NCBI GenBank assembly: GCA_013239625.1
Contig: MU053504.1
Span: 1,428,001 to 1,492,000, forward strand
From: Lama guanicoe
Lineage: Eukaryota
Reading direction: 5' to 3'
DNA length: 64,000 nucleotides
The notes under the pieces are model-generated. The model had not been told where the DNA came from and ran no database searches. It saw nothing but the letters and a program-made list of their open reading frames with translations. Every line of letters begins with the position of its first letter. Positions within the stretch are counted from its first letter, which is position 1. Below are positions 1 to 21,969 of this stretch, piece after piece. A program made the position numbers and the translations under genes.

Positions 1-677
1 GAGTCAGGTCAAATAACAAGTCCTGCAAAGGGGGCTGTCAGACTAATCACATAGTGACATTTGGCTGGGAATACAGCTTGTTGAGAAGCTCCAAACTCAA
101 TCTGTCCCTTCTAGTGGCTACTAGGCCAACTACCATGGTCGCAAAGACTATTGCACAGCTGGGGAGAAGCGGATGGGAACAGGACAAATAAAAATACTGC
201 AAAGCTCTCTGTTCTTACTAAGATTCAACCATTTTCCTTGAATAAATATTCCTTGGATTGTTGCAAACCTTTTGTTAATTTTCAGAGTCCTGAAAAAGTT
301 GATTTTGACAGTTTTTGCCTGTTGTTCCTATTGCTGTGTGGAGAAATGGATTTTTAAAATCCTTGCTCTGCATTTCTCAAAGTTCTATTCCTGAAATTGA
401 TATTTTTAATCTAGGTACAGAATTTTACATTGTTCTCTGTTAAAAATGATGTAGGGGCTTCGGCACAGCATTCATCCAGTCATAGTAATCTTGAATCAGT
501 GAGCACCTGCTGTGGGGCAGGCACTATGATAGATGCTTGGGAAAAGAGAAAGAAGTTTAAACAATAATTCCTGCCCTCTGAAAGCTTACAGAGCAGTTGA
601 GGAGACAAAATATAATTACATAAGCCTTTACATAATGATAAAAGGAACTAGAGGACAGGGTAAGGCTTTAAGACAAC

Positions 678-863
678 ACTGTGCAAAAGAACTTTCTATA
701 ATGATATAATGTTGTGTGCTGACTAATATGCTAGTCAATAGCCACATGTACCTATTGGGCACTTGAAATGTAGCTACTGTGACTAATGACTTGAATTTTA
801 AATTTAATTTTAATTAACTCAAACTTAAATAACCCCGTGTGGCTACCTTATTGGATATCACAG
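678..863. mobile_element. MER3-like DNA transposon
   Basis: Text agaactttct...atagccacatgt...gcacttgaaatgtagcta...aatttaattttaattaa...gtggctaccttattgga. Confidence 0.6.
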
Positions 864-3800
864 CTCTAAGACTAAATATTTACGTGATAGGCCAGGATGA
901 CTGTGGTACAGAAGTGGGTAGGGAAGACCCCCTCCCATGGGAGGCCCACAGCCCTCCCCCTCTGGCTCCTGTGGGCTGCAGATACTATGGGCTATGGATA
1001 CTCTCTGGCATGTAGTTGTGTCTGGTGCACAGTGGATATTGTACAGTGACACTGTTGAAATAGGTGGTGTCTGCCACCAGGCAGAGGTAAGCTCTAGTCT
1101 CCCCTGTTGTGGGCAATTAGATGCCAAGCCCTCGGTCAGACACAACCTGACAAATGCAATTTGATGAGAAGGGGTTGTGGGAGCTGCAAAGAATCAGCTC
1201 TCCTTCCTAGCCCAATGGTCAATGCAATGTTCACTGTTTTTCTCCACAGCCACAAAACAAGTTCACAGAGGCATCTGTCTCCTTCCATGCTTTTCACTAG
1301 GGTCTCTGTTTCCACACCGATGCTGCTTCTGTCTAGGGCCCATTCTGACAATTCCTCTTAGGGAACTGAGTTCCTAGAACCTCACTGCTTGGTCAGTGCT
1401 GAAGCGGGACTGAGGTTTTCCCTCTTGCCTGCAGAATGAACTGCATTTCCTTCCCCACTCTACCCCTTTCAGAGTGGGGAGCATTTGAGGGAAGGAGAAG
1501 CAGAAGGGGTTCATGAGAGATTCCCTCACGTGCCCTTGGGATCCTGTGGGCTGGGATGCCAGTCACAAGGACGAGGATCCCCCAAGTTACCCTTCCTTCA
1601 GAGCAAGGACTTATGGGAAGACATCTGGGCAGCTGAGGCCAAGCTCCCAGTCAGAGTGGCCCCCGTGCTGAGGCATGAGTGGAGCTGTGGTCAATGTCCC
1701 CAAAGGATATTGAAGGAAAGAGGGAGTGCAGACATGAGCAGACCTGGGGACTGTCAGAGGTGGAGTGGGAGGTGGCTAGTGAGTGAACTGTCTGCAATTT
1801 GATGATAAATTCTTACCCTAAAGGGCTATTCAGTGTTGAGGGACTCACACCAACCCGGACTGTCTCGCTGCCTTCGTCATATGACTTGAAACACAGTGTC
1901 ACCTCCCTCAGCTTCAGTCTCTTCATTTGTAAAATGGAGCTAACTCTGTCTGGGATGCTATAAAGTTAGGTAAGATGCATTTATGCAGGGCCAGCATAGT
2001 GCTTGCTGCAGTATTATTTCACCCTCCACCCACCCTCACCTCAAATGATCACCTTCGAGAGTAAGTACAGCTGAGCCTAGACAGCAGCAAGGAAGTTCAG
2101 TTGGAGCCAAGGAAGGGCTTCCTGACTCTGACCACAGTTGGATGAGCAGGAGAGGAGTGTGAGCCTCTGCCAGAGCCCTGCGGGGTCTGAGCTGGGAATG
2201 GGTCCTTCTCTGAGTAGTTTGGGAACAACACTCAGCCTTCTGTCTGTTCTCTCTGCCTTGGGTCTCTTGGCGCATTGTGGAAGGTGCCAAGCCTTGCCAA
2301 CTCCCACCTCTTCCTCACGTGACTTACAACTAGGGAGTGCCGGGGCCTGTGGCTTCAGAGGCTGACTCACCCACCCAAGGCCAGAGGAACACACAACTTC
2401 TTCTTCCTTCAGTCTCCGGACCCTCACCTTCCCCTTTACATCCCCAAATCACTCACAAGCACACCAGCCTTCCCTGTGACTTCCATCTGCCCATCCATCC
2501 CCCAGTCCCCCAGCCCTCCTATTTTTCCTCAATCCCACATCCTCTTCTGTTCTTCCCCTGGAATCCAATATTCTGCATTCAGAGGAACTGCCCAGGGCTG
2601 AGGAAACATGTAGGGGATGTGTGTGTATTTGTGTGTCCACACAGGGACAAAGAGGCTTCATGCTCAGGTGACCCACACTCCAACCTGTCCCTGAAGCACC
2701 ACATGGGGTGCCCAGGGCCTCCCATCAGCATCCTCTTCGTCCCCCTTCCCCTCCCCTCAGGCCCCATTAGGAGAAAGTGGAGTCACCACCACTCATGGGC
2801 AGCTGGGGGCCCCTTAGCTGTCTCTCCACCTCCTCTCCCGCTCTCCTCAGGCCCCATGCCCAGCCCCGAGGTTTGGAGAGCCTAGTAAGTGCCCTATCAA
2901 CATGTTAATCAAATTACTTAGGAGCTAAAATTGACGCTGTTCATTAATTATACAAGATTATGCTAATTGTGCATGCAAATGCATGCAGGGGAACAGAAGG
3001 TGTTCAGGCGCATGGTGGGCCATTAGCATAGAGGATGGGGTGTGGGTGCATTGGCATGCTAATGTATGCGCCCCAGCTATTTATAGTCCCCCAGCCCATC
3101 TGCACTGCAGCCACCTCTGCCCCACATGGGGATCATGGTGGGGAGGCCAGGTCCAAGCCTGGCAGGTGGCTATGGCCCTGGGGATGCTCAGCCTTGGCTG
3201 TGGCCCCAGGCCACGACCAGGAAGTAGCATGGGCCACCACCACTGGGGTGCCACCGCCACTGGGGCCACCCCCATTTAGGCTTGGACTATCACACCAGCC
3301 TCCTCATTCGCCTTTCTCTGGCCTAGGCCCTTTGGTGCCTAACTTTCCCTGGAAGCAAACTGACTCTTCAAAATGACACAGCCAATAAGGGACCCTCTGC
3401 TGAGTCTCCATCACCCACAGGATCCAAATCCTGCATGATTTGGTGCCCACTCCCTGAGGCTCTGGTGCATAGCTGTCCTCCTCGGTCTTGTCAGGCACCG
3501 CTGGGCACCAAGCATGCCATCTACCCTTGGCAGGACTGTTATTCCCTTTGCATGGAGGGCCCCTGCCTCTTACTTCTCTGTGAGGAAAAATGCCCTGGGT
3601 CCTCCAAGACCCCAAATGCCCATGATCACATGCAACTTCTAGGAACCCTTCCACCCCTCCCAGGCAGAGTGGCTGCTGCAGATTGCACTTGGCAAGTTAT
3701 CCTGCCGGGCCCACCATTCTATCTTCTGGCTGTACTTCGAGTTTCTCTCTTTCCTGCTGGATTGTAAGTTCCTTAAGATCTTGTTCACCTCTAGATTCCA

Positions 3801-6800
3801 CTGCTTGACACATGGAAGGTGCTTAATACATCTTTTTTAATGGTTGTATTGAGGGAATGAGGGAATGAGGGGTCCAGCAGTTTGCATCCTCCTCTGTCCT
3901 TGAGCTGGGAGCAGGGAGCAGGGAGCAGCAGAGAGCCGAAAACTGCGGAGAGCACGGACCTTGCCCCAGATGTTCCATTTTCAGAGGCTCATGAGCCCAA
4001 AGGCCAGGTCTTTGGGGTGAAAATGAGTGGAGAGCCCCCTCTCCCATTTCCCCATCCCAGGCTTCAGTGCCAACTTGGCACTGGAAATAAATGTCTAGCT
4101 TTACTCTACCCTTTGCTCTCAATCTGTTTTCTCTCCCAAGCCTTCACAGGACACTTGTTTTGAACACCTGTCCCAACCCATGTATCTTTTGCATCACTTC
4201 CTCCTTCTAGGTCTGCACTTTGTCTGATATGGTAGCCAAGAGCCTCATGTGACTATTTAATTTTTAATATTGAAAATTTAGTTTCTCAGTCACACTAGCC
4301 CCATTTCAAGTGCTCAGTATGGTTAGTGGATATCATTTTTGGAAAAGTTCTATCAGACAGCTTTATAACCTAGATACCCTTGCTCCTGACAGTCCTGTAG
4401 CTTCAGGCGCCGTTGGGCTCAGTCCAGCTTTTTCAGGTCTTAACAGCTTTCTCTTTGTAAGTGCAGACATAATTTCAGCTCTCAGTAAGTATCTCACAGG
4501 GATGTAGTGAGGGAAAGGCTGGTAGAAAAGTTCTATACCTTGATTTCTTAGGATGAGATTCCTAGAAGCAGAGCTGGAGATGGGGAGTCTTGTGAAAGTG
4601 ATTTATGGGAGGAGAGCTCTGGGGAGAAAAGGAGTCGGAGGCAGGACCGGGCAGGAGAAGGAGCTTAGCGAGGAGATAGTCTCAGCTGAAATCTAGCATC
4701 AGCCTGCTCCTTGGGGAGTGCTGAGTGTGAATAGCGCTAAGAGTTGGTTCTCCTTGTGACGTCAGTCTCTCTTCGGCTGTGGGCTGCTGGTGAGGAGCAT
4801 ATGCTTCTGGCTGAGGGCAATTCTCCCGAAGTGGGAGCAACTGTGAGTCCTTTACAGCCAGCACACCCAGCAGCTGCGCACTGAGGGGATCCAGCCAGGC
4901 ACCAGTCCCCATGATACCTGGACCCAGCCTTCCAAAGAGCAGCTCCATGCCGCTCTCCTCCCCACCTGCTGAGAACCCAGAGCTTAACAGTGGGCTCACA
5001 TCCATCACCTCCATATTTTCCTTTTCGATTGTCTCTAGAGTAACGCCACGTGCGAGGGGAGCTTTCCTTATGCAGTGGCATCACATCTGAGAAGTTATGT
5101 ATAGGTCAAATGTTTGCACTTGAGTCATATTCAATCCAGCATTTGCTTCTTTGGTAGGGACTATTCCACTGACAAGGAAGGTTCATTTTAATTTCATCTT
5201 GAGTTGTGTTTACAGGGAGGAATGAAAAGCATTTATAGAAACGATTAGAGGGCTAGACTACGTTCAGGATGTGGCAAAGTAGGTGTTCGGTGAACTGCCC
5301 TTTCAGGTCCACCCTAGGCGTCAGGGTCCTAATGCGTAACTACCTCCTTTTAAATGCTTTATTAGCTGGATGACCACTGTTCACAGCCCTTCATCTGGTC
5401 TTTTATTAAACTTTTATTATGGAGAATGTTGAACATATGGGCAGAATGGAATAATGAACTACATCTGTCCTTCGCTGAACTTCAACAATGATCAACTCTT
5501 GGCTCATCTGAAAGTCCTGATCTTGAATCCTGAAAATCTTCTCAGACTGAGAGCAGCTGTCACAATAGCCAAAGGCCCAAAACTAGGGGCAAGGGGACCT
5601 GAGTCTCTCCTGTGCCCCCCTGATGCATTTGTAACCTTGAGGAAATCCCCATGAAGTGGCTAACCTGGGACCTGCATAGCTTGCGTGCCTCTCAGGGCTG
5701 CTTTTGAAGGAAAGCTTGCTGCACAGTCCTGCAGGGGCAGCCTTGTGGCTGAGGTAGGGTTGGACTCTGAGAACTCCACTTGGAGGGACTTTTCCATGAC
5801 TCTTGTCAGTGTCTGTGGTTCATAAAGTCCCGGGTTTGTACCATGACTTTGGCGTTTACTGTGACTTTGTAGCTTATCCTTGCTGACCCTTGGTTTTCTC
5901 ATCTGTAGAGTGGGAATGATTGCAGACCTACCCACCACCTCAGGATTATGAGAGGATTAAACCAGATAATGCATGTGGTAGGCTCTGCAGAATTCCAAGC
6001 ACTTGCTAAATGCTCGATAGATTAGTTCTGGATCACTTAAAAATTTTTTTTCCATCATTTTGCCTTTTATTTGTAACTCATGCTTGCATTTACGGTGGTT
6101 TCTTCTAGTAATTCTAATAGCAGCTCCTAGCACTTGACCTTTCACTGAGGTCCAAATGAGGAATCTGCTCCTAGAGAGCCTCGTGGCCACAATAGTGTTG
6201 GCACTGGGCACAGGTCCTTGCCCCAGGGCAGGGGATATGTAAAATGCTCACCCTCACCCTCACCCTCTTGTCAACCAGCACTGCTGGCTTGGCCTCATCT
6301 TGCTTCCCCAGCCAGGGAAAAGGGGCTTCCCAGGCTTTCTCCAGCCCATAGGGCAGGGGGAGGAGGGGTGACGCTCGGAAACACCCCTCATCCAGGCTTG
6401 GGGAGTGGAGGTGCTTCCATGGCTACAAGCAGGATTTCACAGCCCCTCAACAACATGCACATTTCTTCTTGCCTTAGGTCCCTGTAGGGTGTCCCCCTAC
6501 ATCTCCCCCTCCCACTGGGTTCCCTGAGCCTCCCCATTTCCCAGCCCCCACATCTACCTCTGCACAGATGTGGTTTGGAAGATCTGCTGCCCCTCTTTCC
6601 TTTTCCCTAACTCCATTCTTATCCTTCCCAAACTGCTCTGCATTGTCCTCCACCCCTCAGTGTGGGACAAAGTGTCACCCCATGATGCCAGCCTATGGAG
6701 AAGTCTCCTGGACTGTCCCCACGTTATCCTCCCACCCCTCCCTCCAGCCTCCAGGAGTGTGGATGGGTGTGTCTGTCTCCCAGTGGTAGGAAAATAGGGG

Positions 6801-7454
6801 CCCAGAGCCCCCTTCCCGAAGCTGAGGGTAGCCAGGCACTGTTGGGAGGAGGGAGAAGTCGGGGCACTACTTTCGGTTCTCCTAGACCAGAGCGGAAGTG
6901 GTCCAACTCCAGGCCCCGTGATGCAGAATTTCTGAGACTAGCCTTGGAGGAGAGGACCTTTTGAGTGCTAGTTACCCTTGTTGAAGCATAATCTTCAAAA
7001 TGTTAGAAATATAAATCTCATTCAAATTGTTACTGAGCATGTGTTGAAGTTTTCTGTAGCTTATTAATGAAGGAACCAGCAGGATGGCAAAGCTGGTTCC
7101 AAGAAGGCTAAAAGAAACTGACATAAACATTATATATATGGAGGGAATTGAGGGCAGAGGGAGGGAGGGAGAGAAAACAGGATATGTGAAAAACACCTGA
7201 ATAAGAATGCCAAATTAGACACAAAGCCAGTTAATGTCCATAGGATAGTAAAATTATAAACCTTAGGGTTCATTTCTCTACCGAACAGAAATTATTTACT
7301 TCTCCCAACAAAAATCATTTGCATCTTATCAGTTTTCTGCAAATTAGCACCTAACTTTACAGAGCCTCACTCCAGTTAATAGCACATATGAGTTTTTTCC
7401 CCAAGAGAATCAGCTAATTATTAGGTGGCTTTGTTAACATAATACTCTGGAACA

Positions 7455-7770
7455 GCATAGTCCAATATAAATATAATGCAAGCCAATATGCATTTGTCAC
7501 TTAAAGTTTTTTAGTAGCCTCATTTTATAAAACAAAAAGAAACTGGTAAAATTAATTGTGATTGTATATTTTATTTAACCCTAGATACCCCCAATATTAT
7601 TTTGGCATGTAATCAATACCAAAAAATTACTGATGAGATATTTTTACATTCATTTTTCCTAAGTGTCTGAAAACCAATGCGTACTGTGCGTTTACGGTAC
7701 ACTGCAATTCAGACTAACCATATCGCAAGTGCCCAGTGCCGCGTGGGGCTAGTGGCTGCCTTACTGGATC
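7455..7770. mobile_element. MER33/MER3-like DNA transposon
   Basis: Text gtccaatataaatataatgcaagcc...attttatttaacc...gctagtggctgccttactgga. Confidence 0.5.
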
Positions 7771-7784
7771 CTTCGTCTCTAAAG

Positions 7785-7977
7785 CAGTGGTTCACGAACC
7801 TTAGGGTGCATCAGAATTACCTGCAGGGCTTATGAAAACGCAGATGGCTGAGCCCCACCCCCAGAGTTTCTGAGTCAGGGTGTCTAGGGGGCGGGGCCTG
7901 AGAGTCTGCATTTCTGTCAAGTTCCAAAAGGTGCTGCTGCTGCTGCTGGTCTGGGCACCACCCTTTGAAAACCACTG
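7785..7977. mobile_element. MER5A-like hAT-Charlie DNA transposon
   Basis: Terminal inverted repeats CAGTGGTT...AACCACTG and internal gcatcagaattacctg and tctgcatttct. Confidence 0.75.
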
Positions 7978-10900
7978 TTCCAGGATGACTTTGAAAGATC
8001 CCACAGTCATCTTTTTGCCTTATTTTCAAGTTGTAGATAATTTCGTTTAACAACCCTGAAGCTGGTGGTGGGGCCACAGGCTCTCTGCAGTGTTGGCATC
8101 AGCTTGGCCCCTGACTGGGCGTGTGCTGGCTGGGGGCAGCCTCACCGACTAGCAGCTGGTAGTGGATGAGAGTTTCAGCTGCTCCACCACCGAGGGTGCC
8201 GACAGTGTGCACCGCTGAGCTAGGGGCTCCGAGGGAAAGAAAAAGGGGAACTGACCCTCATACCACCCGAGAGGGCCCAGGCCTGTGTGGCTGCTGTTTA
8301 CTCAATGCCACTGTGCAGATAATGCCAGCCAGACTCAGAAACTGGGATGTCGCCGGACAGACCCGCATAGATGGAGGCAGGGCTCTGGGGTTCTCAGGGA
8401 GGGGTGGTCTCCAAAGCCTAGAAAGGCCAGAAGAGTTTGGCCAGACAGGGAGTGGGAATTGGTGTGGACTCAAAGGACACATGCAAACTGTACTGGGAGG
8501 GGAGAGGCTGGGACACCTGCCAGGCAAGAGCTGTGGGAGGGGCAGATGAGATGGCTCCCCCAGGGATCCAGGACCCTGCAAGAAACAGCAGCCTGAGGCC
8601 TTGGGAGGCTGAAAACGAAGGCTGTCCCAGAGGCAGGACTGGAAGGCCCCTCAGCAACCATCAATTACTACTCCCCTGCTCCATGGATGAGGAAGGACCC
8701 CAGAGATGTGAAGGCATTTACCGCAGGCCACACAGTGAGTCGGGGACTGGAAAGCTCTCATGTCCAGCCCCATCCCACAGTTCTGCAGGTTTGGGAGTGG
8801 GTTGGGTGCAGTGGGCACGTGTGTGGACGTAAGGGAAGTGTACGTCCTTTTTGGGACACTCCCGTGCTTGTTGCATCATTGGTGATATCCAAGGGTTCGC
8901 ATTAATCCCCTTCAGGACAGGGACTGAGTCCTATGTTTTGCCCTCTTCCTTCTAGCACTTTGTAAGGGAATCAGCACACGCATGTGGGATTTAAATGAAA
9001 TGGTGTGCACCACCAGGGGTGTCTATACTCCACGTCATGTAAATGTGGGACATGCATGTGGTGACTGCTGTAGGCATAGGGGTATCTACACCACAGGGTG
9101 TCTTACAGGGACACAGGGAGTCACCGGAGTGTCCACACTGGGCAAGTGTACCATTTGGGAATACCTGAGGTATCTGTACCTTGGGGCGATCTACTGAGGT
9201 ATACAGGGCATCTACACTGTGGTGACTACTGTTTGGGGGCATATAAGCTGTCTGCACTGCAGGACATCCTGGAGGGGTGGATAAGGTGTCTACACGTGTA
9301 TCTGCTGTTTGGAGTCTTACGAGCACCTGAGAATGCTCAGCGGGGATGTATGGAAGCTCCCAACTACATGAAAGTATTCTTTGGGCGGTGTCCACCGTGG
9401 ATGGAAGTGCATGCTGATGTAATGTCTCTATGGAGAGAGAACTGAAAGGGCTCCCAGAAGGGTACCCACTGTGTGGAGGAACCTGACAGGGGATGAGGAT
9501 GAGAGGTAGGACCGAGGGGAGATACATCTCCTGGAAAGCGACTGCTGCCAACTCCCAACAAGGGGTGGCCCCCAGGGGACACCTCTGTCCAGGGGTGGTG
9601 CCCACCCCTCTCTGCATTTGGGCACCTCCTCTTTTGGGACTAAGCTTTCAGAGCCTGACACAGATTGTACTCTGGTTTCATGTTTGTAGAGTTTGGAGGC
9701 AACTCCAATAAGTAAAATGGACATAAATTTGGTGTTCATTATGGATGGCAGTTGGTGAATGGAGGAAGCTGCCTGGAGGAGCTCATAAAGGTGCCCAGGA
9801 GGCTGTGCCAGGTGCCTGGACCCCCATAGAATTTAGCCCTGCACACTACAGTGTGTAAAGGGCATCTCCCCAGATACTCACAGAGTCCTATAGGCGCAAA
9901 GGCAGATTATTGATAGTATCTTGAGTTAACTAAGAGTACAAAACCAGAGTATTATCCGCGGTTACATCACTGGGGGGTGGCAGGACCAGTCAACTGCCTG
10001 GAAGGACTGGAGGATCAAGTTCACATGTGTTTGTCTAAAAAGCAGTCACATCACTGCATACAGTGGGCTTTTCTCTAATTACTGGATGTGAGAAAGAAGA
10101 TGTTCACTGTATCTGTGCGTGTGTCTGACAGGTACCCCATGTGTATATGGTGCTCCATGTGGTTAGGTTTTGCTGTGCGTATAATGGATATAGAGTGTAC
10201 GTGAGGGAGATCTGTTTGGGGGAGATGTGCTGGGGCAGGGGGTCTGCTATGTGTGAGCAAGATTTGTTGGGGGGATGTGCTGGTGAAGGAGGATGTGATG
10301 ACGGTACAATATTTGCAATGACTGTATTTCAGATAATTATATACAGCATAAAATGGTGTATTAATGTACATCCTCATGGTCTTTCTGTGCATATACTGTG
10401 TAGGATGGGCATATACTGCGCACGAAGGTATAGACTCTGTGCAATTTGTGTTCCACGTGTGTTACGAGTATAGGCTGCATGTGGAGCACATATCGTATAT
10501 GCTTCTACACGGTTGGACCCTGAGTCGTGGGTCTATGCTGTGATGGCTGTATCTTGTGAGGAGTCGCATATAAGGCAAAAACAGGGTATATGTAATGGAG
10601 CTACTGTTTATGACGCATATACAGCTTGTGGCTGATGGGTATACTTTGGGGGAAGGAGATGCCATGTGATATGGATGCACTATATGTGTGGGCTTTTTCT
10701 ATGACAAATATATATGGTGTGGGATAAGTTTACAGTGTGACCAGCTACCACATAATGGAGTATACATTGTGTACTGGGTCTAATGAGCACTAGGTATATA
10801 TAGTATATATAAGGGACATATTCTTAAGGATGAATGTACTTTGTGTAGATGTGATGAGTATATACTTTGCGAGACAGTTAAGCACCGTGTGATGTATGCA

Positions 10901-11007
10901 CTGTTGGTGGTGGAGGGGTGTTCTAGCTAGTGAAGTCTTCGCTGGGACAGGTCTACTGCATGTGTAACAGGTACCCTGTATGTATGCAGCTTATGGTGGG
11001 AACATAG

Positions 11008-19194
<8,187 letters not shown>

Positions 19195-19439
19195 TTACGG
19201 TAGGTCTCTGGCTGGGTCTTGCCTCCTCCTCTGGCCCTGGGTGGGCTTTCTCTCCAAAAGACTTCAGCAGGGATGGGGAGTTGGGGTCCAGGTCTCCCTC
19301 TCCAGGGCCTATCTAGCCAGTTGTCGGGGCTGCCCAGCCCACCTCAGTGGCCCAGGCTGAACGAGCGGGGAGAAGCCGCTTCCTGTCCCCTTGCAGCCAG
19401 CCTTCCTCCAGGACCTTCATCTCTCCCTCTCCCCACCAG

Positions 19440-20235
19440 GTCTGCAGGTTTTGCCCCCACTGAACCTGGACCAGAGGTTCCTCCAGGATTCACACCCACT
19501 CCCTGGATGGCAGCACAGACTGATGCAGGGCCAGGGTTGTGGGCAAGCCTCAACCCCCAGGCCTGAACAGGGAGATGCCTTCCTCCCTGTGCTCAAGGGC
19601 CCCCCCGGGCCCACAGGCTTCTCTCACCTCCCTTTCTTGGGGCTGGTCGGAAGCCCCAGCACTGTGCTGATGCTCTTGGCAGGAGAGCATTCCGAGGAGG
19701 TGCTGGAATGCCAGGCCTCACTCACTGGGTTGGTTCCTCTGGAAGAGATGGACCTCGTACAGACCAAGGGCATCAGGTGACAGGACCATGGGATGGGGAC
19801 TGTGGGAAAGAGCTCAGGGAGAGGAGGCCTGGGAAGGTCCTGCTTGCGTCCACCCATCTCAACCATCCCAGCATCCCAAGTACTCTCCAGGGCCAGGGAT
19901 GGTGCCCAGCAGCCTCCAGAGGCCTGCCTAGGCTCCCGTGGAGTTTCTGATGGCCACCTGACCCCGTGGCTGCCCCACTCCCTTTGAGGCCTGAGCACTG
20001 ATGTTCACCACCTCATGATTCCCAGTGGGGGCTTTGGGTGTAGAGGGTACAGAAGAGGAGGTGCCAGGCTCCCTGGATTGTGGACCTTGCTCCCAAGGGA
20101 TGTCTTGTGGACTCTGGCCCTGCACAGATGATCTGGCTGGCCCCATAGAACCATGGAATGGGCCAACCGCCCCCGGCCTCATATTCTGCTCTGCTGAGGT
20201 TGGAGAAAATAAACCCAGATGCAGGTGGCCACCCA
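19440..20235 (+). other. EBF4: Probable non-coding terminal exon (3' UTR) of EBF4
   Basis: Donor CG|gtaggt at 19199/19200, 5 nt after the stop codon. Pyrimidine tract and CAG acceptor ending at 19439. AATAAA at 20208-20213. The 3' end is approximate. Confidence 0.6.
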
Positions 20236-21453
20236 GCCTCTCTCGTCTGTTTCCTTGGCATGGGTCTGCTTTTCTCAGCAGTTCTGCAACTCTAAACCAC
20301 GCCTCTGGGCAGCTTTCTTGTACCCTGGGCTTTTTCAACAGCTCCAGATTTCAGCAAGTATTCCCTGCCCCATATCTGCTCTTGGGTGTTAGCAGGCCTG
20401 AGGACCCAGGACACAGGCTCAGCCTTGAGAGCTCTGGCTGGAAGCACATTCTGGACACTGAGGACCCAGGCCAGGACCAAAGTGGGGGTTGTCGGAAAGA
20501 CACTGCTGGGAACCAGAACAGAGCAAACAATTCTACCCAGATGTACAGAGGCTCAGAAGTGAAATCCTTCCCACTTGGAGGCTGCAGGGCCTCACCCGGG
20601 CTGGGCAGGGCAGCTTTTGGCTCCTAGGGTTGCCTAATTGGGTGACACCCCAACCGTCCTCCATCCTCTCCAGGTCTAGGCACTTCCTGGCTCTCCTGTC
20701 TCAGAGTCTGGGAGGAGATGTGGTAAAGAGGCAAGATTCCCAGGCTCACTTACCCACCTCCCAGGATGAATCCCAGTTGTCCCCCTGAGACATGTTCCCT
20801 AGACCCCAAAGTTCTAGCTGTCTGACGCTGGAAGCCACTTTTTGGATGCACTGTCTAGGGAGCCCAGTGTCTAGCCAGGCCTCAGGCTTTCTTCTCTCCC
20901 CTTCTGATAGTGCTCCTTGGCTCTGGAAACCCTGTCCTTCTGACCCATGAGCCCATGCTCTGCAGCCCTCTGGACACACACTTGCCAAGGCAGATGGGCT
21001 GATCTGGTCCTTTAGAGGCCTCTGCTTTCTTCTCTTGTGTTCTGGCCAATCCCTGAGATTCATCTCACCTGGACCCATGACAGGGGTAGTATTGGGTCAT
21101 CCTGCCTTCTTCTCAGTACTTGCCTGGCCTCCCCTCAGTTCCTGCTTTCAGCCCGTGTTGCAGAACCCTGGGGCCTGCCAGCCATGCCCTGCTCCATTTA
21201 GGCCCCAGGCAGTTTCCACTTTTCTGGGCCCTCGCAGCCTGAGTACCAGCAGGGCTCTCATCTGTGCCAGATGCAGGTTATTACTGGATGGTGGTCACAT
21301 TCTGGTTCCTGGAATGGGTCAGGTGCTGTGATTGGCATAAATAAGTTGTGATATTTGTCTTCAAAGATCTCACGACTATGCTCAAGCCACCATTTGAGTC
21401 AGCACTGCCCACTCCCTCACCCACAGCAAGCAGCACTAATCAATTATGGTATT

Positions 21454-21830
21454 TACTATGGACTGAATCATGTCCTCCCAAAATTCATACGTAGCGCCTA
21501 ACCCCACCCACTTTGTGGCTATAACTGGAGATCAAGCCTTCAAGGAGGTGATTAAGGTTAAATAAGGTCATAAGAGGGGGGCCCTAATCTGATAGAACTG
21601 GTGTCTTTGTACGAAGAGGAAACGACTCCAGAGATCTCTCTCCACCGTGTGAGGACACAGGAGGAAGGCGGCCATCAAACGGTCCGGACAAGTGTCCTCA
21701 TCAGGAATCAAACCAGCACACACCACGATCTGGGACTTCTAGCTTCCAGAACCATGAGAAAATAAATTTCTTTTGTTCAAGCTGCCTCGTGTATGGTATA
21801 TTGTTCTGGCAGCCCAGGCTGACTAATACG
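21454..21830 (+). mobile_element. MaLR LTR (MLT1A/B-like)
   Basis: Typical MLT1 text: ...ctatggactgaat...cccaaaattcata..., gattaaggttaaataaggtcataag, gacttctagcttccagaaccatgagaaaataaatttc...gactaatac. Confidence 0.7.
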
Positions 21831-21847
21831 GTGTTCTTTCCCATGTC

Positions 21848-21969
21848 TTTTTTGGGGGAGGAGGTGGGGAGGTATTTAGATTTATTTGTTTATTTATGTA
21901 ACAGAGATACTGGCAATTGAACCCAGGACTTTGTGCATGCTGAGCACACGCTCTACCACTGAGCTACCC
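21848..21969 (-). mobile_element. tRNA-Ala-derived SINE (vic-1-like), more diverged
   Basis: Reverse complement reads GGGTAGCTCAGTGGTAGAGCGTGTGCTCAGCATGCACAAAGTCCTGGGTTCAATTGCCAGTA followed by an AT-rich tail. Confidence 0.75.

Noticed and set aside
19391..20627. 129-200-aa ORFs downstream of the EBF4 stop codon
   Set aside because: They lie in or just beyond the presumed 3' UTR, begin at non-ATG codons, and show no recognisable homology.
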